From positions 1-11,562 of the forward strand of contig CAWGVG010000047.1 of assembly GCA_963825865.1 (NCBI GenBank): a stretch of DNA of 11,562 nt, read 5' to 3'. The notes below the pieces were generated by a model. The model searched no databases and was not told the origin of the DNA. It saw only the letters and a program-made list of their open reading frames with translations. Position 1 is the stretch's first letter; each line of letters opens with the position of its first letter. Origin of the DNA: an uncultured Nitrososphaeraceae archaeon. GTDB lineage: Archaea; Thermoproteota; Nitrososphaeria; Nitrososphaerales; Nitrososphaeraceae. This document shows, piece after piece, positions 6,533 through 11,562 of the stretch. A program made the translations under genes and the position numbers.

Positions 6533-6905
6533 TGTCTTTATGCTGCTCTACCAGCGTTATTTGAGCCATTAGTTGCAACGTAATATTTTTAGTGTTTATT
6601 GTACAGAATTCTTCAATAGCTATTCTTTTATCTAAATCTATAAAAATAAAATACATTTCTTTTTTGTTTTCTTTATGCCAAACCTTTCCTGGAATGATAG
6701 CCATCCCATTTGAAAATGTGTTGTCTGCTTTCCATTGATTGTGTTGGGATGTATTTATTGGTTTATCTTGATCTTCTAACCATGCAACTAATGGTTTTTT
6801 ATTTTTTGTATCTGCTGGTATTACATTTACACCAATTTGATAGCGCCAAAAGTCGGCGTAATCGTTAAAACTCTTAAGATGAAATGTATTTGCTTGATCC
6901 GTCAT
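6480..6905 (-). pseudogene. Truncated bifunctional primase/polymerase (Prim-Pol, AEP superfamily) N-terminus
   Basis: GVNVIPADTKNKKPLVAW, GMAIIPG and FIFIDLD (DxD motif). Similarity appears to end at EQHKD (~6534), before the catalytic His motif. Likely start is the ATG at 6905. Confidence 0.75.
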
Positions 6906-7101
6906 TATCAGTATCACTTTTTCTTTCCTTTCGCACAAATTCATAGTCTGTAAACTTTGGGATACAATTATTACAAACAAGTAATTTTAATAGACCTAAT
7001 TTACCAACAGGTATCCTTATCTCAGTCGCAGCTTTTGCAAAGCACTCAACAGCTTCACAAATACTGTTATTAAGTTGTAAATCTATTATTTCATCGTCCA
7101 T
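6874..7101 (-). CDS. Small putative Zn-finger protein
   Basis: CEAVEC...CNNC; co-oriented between the RHH and Prim-Pol genes, overlapping the latter's start. Confidence 0.7.
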   Translation of the reverse strand: MDDEIIDLQLNNSICEAVECFAKAATEIRIPVGKLGLLKLLVCNNCIPKFTDYEFVRKERKSDTDNDGSSKYISS

Positions 7102-7117
7102 ATGTGAATCTTATCTC

Positions 7118-7303
7118 CTATGGACTGTCAGATTCGCTTGATTGCAGGCTTCCAAATCCACGGTCAAGCCAATTTTTATTATTTTTTACTTTCATGTCAA
7201 CCAACTGTCGTATCAAATCGTCGTATGTGTCGCCTTTTTTACCGAGTGTTTTTAATAAATCTCGGGTATTACGCGTAATAGATATGGTGCTCGTTAATAC
7301 CAT
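7118..7303 (-). CDS. Small RHH/antitoxin-like DNA-binding protein
   Basis: STISITRNTRDLLKTLGKKGDTYDDLIRQL matches the archaeal TI.I...T...L...G.KG.TYDD.I..L pattern. Confidence 0.8.
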   Translation of the reverse strand: MVLTSTISITRNTRDLLKTLGKKGDTYDDLIRQLVDMKVKNNKNWLDRGFGSLQSSESDSP

Positions 7304-7358
7304 GAGATAATATATAATTAATACTTGTACATGGATATTGATATGGAACTAATCTAAT

Positions 7359-8255
7359 ATGTCCGATGACGAATTATTAGGGATGGAGATTTTTGATGAG
7401 GAAAAATCTCGCGAGGTAGTCATAGATTTCGTACAAACCAATCCGGACTGTATCGCAGAAGATATTTTAAGAGGACAAAAGCAAGTCGGGCGAAAAAAAT
7501 TATTCAGAATCTTACCAGAACTAAAGAAAGAAAAAATCATCATTGAAGGAAAAAAATCAAAACTAAATGCCAGAAACATAAAACTTTTTGTCAACGGAGC
7601 TAATCCCGTGACTGTAGTACTAAATGAACTGAAAAAATTTGAAAAAATCTACTCCTCAATTTTGGAGAAAACAGCAGATGCATGTAATAATGGACGGTAT
7701 TTAGGCGATTTGGAACAAACCTCAAAGCATTCTCCTGAAGTTGATTTCTTATTTACAAAACTGTCTGGCATGGCTCTGATGTGGCAGCCACTTCATATTT
7801 TTGTAGAATTCTTGAAGACGTACATAACTCGATTAATAACAATATGGTCAAAAGTAATTCAAGACAAACATGTCATAGACGAATTAAACTCCATGATCTT
7901 TACAAGGTTTGCTCGTATGCAAGCTCGTATGTATAAAATAATGACTTCTAAAATATCAGAAGAAATGAGTTCTGTTAGTATTAAAACTTATACACATATG
8001 CAAACAAATATGACAGAGCAACTGAAAAAACATGTCCATAATTTGGAAAAATATGGTATGGAAAAAGAAGCTAAAGAATTATTAGATTTCGTCGAAGGTA
8101 TTGTTCTAAGCGATAATATTAAATCATATTTCCGTGACAAAAATAAGCCATACCGATGGGATTTAAAATATAAGGCTGAAGACATAAAAACATTAGCAGA
8201 AGATATGTATCGGCATCGTGATGACATTGATGTTGCCTATTATGACAGTAGGTGA
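7359..8255 (+). CDS. Hypothetical protein with probable N-terminal winged-HTH and helical C-terminal domain
   Basis: 298-aa intact ORF; VIDFVQTNPDCIAEDIL...VGRKKLFRILPELKKEKII...IKLFVN resembles a wHTH; divergent from the RHH gene. Confidence 0.75.
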   Translation: MSDDELLGMEIFDEEKSREVVIDFVQTNPDCIAEDILRGQKQVGRKKLFRILPELKKEKIIIEGKKSKLNARNIKLFVNGANPVTVVLNELKKFEKIYSSILEKTADACNNGRYLGDLEQTSKHSPEVDFLFTKLSGMALMWQPLHIFVEFLKTYITRLITIWSKVIQDKHVIDELNSMIFTRFARMQARMYKIMTSKISEEMSSVSIKTYTHMQTNMTEQLKKHVHNLEKYGMEKEAKELLDFVEGIVLSDNIKSYFRDKNKPYRWDLKYKAEDIKTLAEDMYRHRDDIDVAYYDSR

Positions 8256-8288
8256 TCAATGGAAGGATCACATATCTATCTTTGTGTT

Positions 8289-9655
8289 CTAATCAACACT
8301 CTTCTTTGCCAAAACTTGTGGTTTTATCTGTGCCAAGACAGGATTTTGCTGTATCAATGATATAATATGATTCATCTGTTCACGCATAGCTTTCATCTCT
8401 TGTTCATGTTTTTGTTGAATATCATGAGTCTCATTTTGTTTATCTACTTGCAATCTTTCTAGCTGGTTCTTTATAGCATCTTGTTCTATTATTGTATTAG
8501 CCAGATGGGACTCTAGCTGTTCAATCCTAGGAACGTCTTTTAATTTACCCTCATATTCAACTATTTTCTTTTTTAGCCTGTATTCTTCATTGATGGTTAT
8601 AGCGTCTACAGCCTTCATATATTCAACAACTAATTTTTGTGTTGATATGTCATTGTCTTTATCATAATACACGTCATCTAGTTTGACACTATGTCCCATT
8701 AGTAATTCTTTAAATGAGTATGATACATCAGAGTTCATCAATGCAGTATTGAAAAACTTTCTTAGGCTATGGTCTGGTTGTAATTGTTCGTATGGTAAGC
8801 CAGCTTTTGTTAGTAGAAATTTCATTTGTTTATTTATCGTTATTTCTGAAAGCGGCCTTGCTCTATTGGTAGCCTTTGAGAAGAGTGCGAATTTATCACG
8901 TATGATATATGATTCCTCCGTTATTTTCTCATGCTGCCTTTTCCTGAACTCAAAATACTCGTCTAATGTGGCCATACATTCAGGTGTTAATAGAGCATTG
9001 TATCTAGAATTTTTAGACTGCGGATAGATACTTAAAATGCCAATATTATTCTCTTGCAATTTCTTTAGATGCTTTATCCTTAATTCCTTGATAGCTCCTA
9101 CTCTTATTCCAGTAGATGACATGAGCAAAATAAGACAGCGATCTCTGAGATCAGATTCTACAAGAGTTTTGCAATCTCCTCTCGAGTATATGCTCTTAAA
9201 TTATTAGTAACTTGTTCAGGACAATATTTTATAATCTTTTTCCAGTTTAGCATTATTTCATTAAAGTCAAGGAAAGATTGTATGCCAGATAAATAATTTT
9301 TAATGGAGTTTACAGATATTTCACCGCGCTTTGCTTTACCAACAGATTGTTTTGCATTCTTTTTAAGGTGTATAATGTAGTTAAGAACCATAGTCTTTAT
9401 TTGGTCTATTTTTAATTGAATTAAAGAATCAGGGTCAATACTGTGATATTTGCAAAATAATGAAAGGTGAATCCTATATAGTTTCTTTGTAGCCTGGGAA
9501 TTATATCCCTCTAGCCATATTTTGCAGGAGTTATAACTTTCTAATTCTAGTATGGCGAAACCATAGTTTGTCTTTGGGGCGGCGGCAATGGTAGTAGTGG
9601 TGGTGATAGGGGTAGTACTCATAATAGCAGTCATCCTATATTTAGGAGTCCCCAT
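8289..9655 (-). pseudogene. Tyrosine recombinase/integrase split by a 1-nt frameshift at ~9160
   Basis: N-part ends RAYTREEIAKLL*. The adjacent frame continues ESDLRDRCLILLMSSTGIRVG, with HSLR, MGH and DDVYY catalytic motifs and a coiled-coil tail. Confidence 0.92.
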
Positions 9656-9821
9656 CTATTAACCATACTAAAAGGTTTAGTTTATTATGTCAAACTATAT
9701 TTGCATCTATTACAAAAATGTATAAAGATAAGACTGAATACAAAAACTATGGACTTTTGCATTATCTTTCAAGCGTAGAAATTGAACGCCACTTTAAAAG
9801 AAGCATGGTGAAGTTGAACAT

Positions 9822-9993
9822 TTGAACCTATTAATTGAACATAAATTAGAAAAAGAAAAAGACAACAGGATTGACTGGCATATAAGTAAAGTCCAGGAGC
9901 TAAACAGCCAGGGACATAGCCAGAGATAAATAGCACAGATATTACAGGTACCTAAGTGGCACCGTTAACAGAGACTTGTCGTACCCTAGAGAG
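9822..9993 (+). pseudogene. Decayed helix-turn-helix protein gene (not in the ORF track)
   Basis: RIDWHISKVQELNSQGHSQR*IAQILQV, then a +1 shift to SGTVNRDLSYPRE. This is an HTH pattern (G.SQREIA..L.V...TV.RD) with TAA at 9927-9929. Confidence 0.75.
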
Positions 9994-10040
9994 GCTTTGG
10001 TGTCTTGTGTAATCCAATGCAGTTCGGTTAAAATTACGCC

Positions 10041-10518
10041 TTAGCATACTATCGTTCGAAAAGTTAAATTTATTCTCGGTCGGGTTATTTTTTTAGACTT
10101 GGGTAAGCTATGTAGCCAATTCGTTTGTGTAGCATCTTTCATAATAAGCAAACTGCCATGTTCAAGTACAAGTGATATCATTTGTTTAGTTTGCTTATGC
10201 TTAAATGAAAATCTTCGTTCTGCTCCAAAACTCAATGAAGCAATGGTAGTATTTTTTCCCAATGATTTTTCATCATCACTATGCCATGCCAAGCCTTCAT
10301 TTCCATTGTGATATAAGTTCAACAAACAGGAATTGAATTTTGAACCTGCAAGCTCTTCTACTATTTGCTTAAATCTGAAAGCTCTTTAGTCCATGCTAAT
10401 GCTTGCTTTGTTGTATTTGAATAGGTATACAAGTAGTCAGAATCACCATACCATGCAACTTTTCTTTTGGTAATGATATGCTTACCAAAAATGACGGCTT
10501 CATCGTTTTCCCATAATA
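10041..10518 (-). pseudogene. alkB: AlkB-type (ALKBH2/3-like) 2OG-Fe(II) dioxygenase, IS-interrupted and frameshifted
   Basis: LWENDEAVIFGKHIITKRKVAWYGDSDYLYTYS...WTKEL, a frameshift at ~10371, then FNSCLLNLYHNG...WHSDDE...WLHSLP...RINLTFR. The 5' end is displaced by the IS. Confidence 0.9.
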
Positions 10519-10541
10519 GATCTCTTGCGTAATTAGGAGCT
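10518..10541. repeat. IS terminal inverted repeat
   Basis: AGATCTCTTGCGTAATTAGGAGCT matches the reverse complement of 11539-11562 at 22 of 24 positions. Confidence 0.92.
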
Positions 10542-11561
10542 ATAGTCTAACACCCTACTTGTTTTAGCCGTCTTCTTAGATTGAAATGCTGTCAGACTGT
10601 ATAACTCTGAAGTTCAGGAGACCGGATATTATATCAGATACGTTATTGTACTTCCTTAATCTGTTTCTAAATTTAGTACCCATTATTCCAAACTTTTTGA
10701 TCTTACATATGGTATGTTCTACTATGATCCTTAGCCTAGAATGATTCTTGTTGTAAGTTCTTTCATCACATGAAAGCAATGTACCCTTTTTCTTTTTGAT
10801 ACCAAGTACAGACTTTACAGTGGGAAAGTCCTTTTCAATGCCAAGATAACCAAGATCAACTATGTTTTCAACTTGTGATGGAGTTATAGAATGATTGTGT
10901 TTGTAAATGTCATAATCATGTTTTCTTCCACTTCTGTGACCTGTCTTATGCAGTATCAATCCTTCACTGTTTACCATCAATTGTGTCTTGACAGTATGTT
11001 TCTTCTTTCTACCTGAATAGTAACTCTTCCTTCTTCTTTTGTTCTTAGGTCTTGGAATTTCTTGTTCTGTAGAGTCTATGAAAGCCTTGAATCCAGGAAA
11101 GTACTCTTCTACTTCATCTATAGTTCTTAATCTCCTAGTACGTTTGTATATCTTCTTTGGCAATGGAATACACTCCTTGATAAGTGGTTCCATCATTGAT
11201 ATATCTCTACAAACATTGCTTTGATCAAGGTCAAACAGAAATCCTGATAATGTATATGTAATGTATAATCTGTAGTATACTAGAAGCATAACGAATCTTT
11301 CTTTAACTTTAAGCCTAAATGGTCTACCAGCACCTATATCCCGTATTCTCATCCTTGATAGAAGACGTCTTCTTTCGTGCTCTTCGTAGTTATGTTCAAT
11401 TTCGTTACAAATGGATTCAAATTCAGATACAGTTACTCCGGTAAATGACCTGAATATCAAAGGTTTCTTACATAATTTGCTATAGGACATCAAAGAGCTT
11501 GTCAGATAGATATCCTATGTGAAGAGGAATATAGCTTAAGCTTCTAATTACACAAGAGATC
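10519..11561 (-). mobile_element. IS5-family (ISL2-like) insertion sequence, ~1.04 kb
   Basis: Single transposase flanked by terminal inverted repeats; probable TA target duplication (10517-10518 and 11562 onward). Confidence 0.9.
10576..11490 (-). CDS. IS5-family DDE transposase (HTH_Tnp_4 + DDE_Tnp_4 type)
   Basis: FRSFTGV, LFDLDQSNVCR HTH, IDSTEQ, YYSGRKKKHTVKTQ, DLGYLG and RIIVEH motifs; uninterrupted. Confidence 0.93.
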   Translation of the reverse strand: MSYSKLCKKPLIFRSFTGVTVSEFESICNEIEHNYEEHERRRLLSRMRIRDIGAGRPFRLKVKERFVMLLVYYRLYITYTLSGFLFDLDQSNVCRDISMMEPLIKECIPLPKKIYKRTRRLRTIDEVEEYFPGFKAFIDSTEQEIPRPKNKRRRKSYYSGRKKKHTVKTQLMVNSEGLILHKTGHRSGRKHDYDIYKHNHSITPSQVENIVDLGYLGIEKDFPTVKSVLGIKKKKGTLLSCDERTYNKNHSRLRIIVEHTICKIKKFGIMGTKFRNRLRKYNNVSDIISGLLNFRVIQSDSISI

Positions 11562-11562
11562 T
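11539..11562. repeat. IS terminal inverted repeat at the window end
   Basis: AGCTTCTAATTACACAAGAGATCT. Confidence 0.92.

Larger units (their letters stand above)
6480..9993. mobile_element. Decayed integrative element core (Prim-Pol, Zn-finger, RHH, wHTH, tyrosine integrase, HTH)
   Basis: Gene content is typical of archaeal integrated plasmid/virus-like elements. No att sites identified, so the boundaries are approximate. Confidence 0.65.

Noticed and set aside
7267-7280. Perfect 14-bp palindrome TATTACGCGTAATA
   Set aside because: It lies inside a coding region, and about one such palindrome is expected by chance in 11.5 kb.
7118-8255. Toxin-antitoxin pair
   Set aside because: The genes are divergent and the 298-aa protein shows no recognisable toxin motif.
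8256-10040. tRNA or att site next to the integrase
   Set aside because: No cloverleaf or direct repeat was found by eye; a short att core could have been missed.
39-11224. Antisense ORFs 39-305, 2635-2862, 3359-3577, 4086-4340, 7104-7310, 7349-7594, 7988-8227, 8683-9027, 10099-10311 and 11039-11224
   Set aside because: Each lies opposite a better-supported gene and has no recognisable motif.

Overview
AT-rich archaeal accessory region. The protein families resemble those of soil Nitrososphaeraceae (Nitrososphaerota); that assignment is inference from remembered family patterns. The left half (948-5360) holds four minus-strand paralogous genes for small secreted proteins. They share a near-identical promoter and signal-peptide module but carry different mature cargo: three have a Gln/Asn/Cys pseudo-repeat core and one has an unrelated Cys-repeat. 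An RHH-FUN14 pair and a FUN14 remnant lie among them. The array abuts a 5'-truncated, frameshifted family B DNA polymerase (1-874). The right half holds a PCD-family gene with an atypical active site and a decayed integrative element (truncated Prim-Pol, Zn-finger, RHH, wHTH protein, frameshifted tyrosine integrase, HTH pseudogene). It ends with an alkB-type dioxygenase broken by a frameshift and by an apparently intact IS5-family element whose outer inverted repeat reaches the window edge. No rRNA, tRNA or CRISPR array was seen. All alignments and translations were done by eye.
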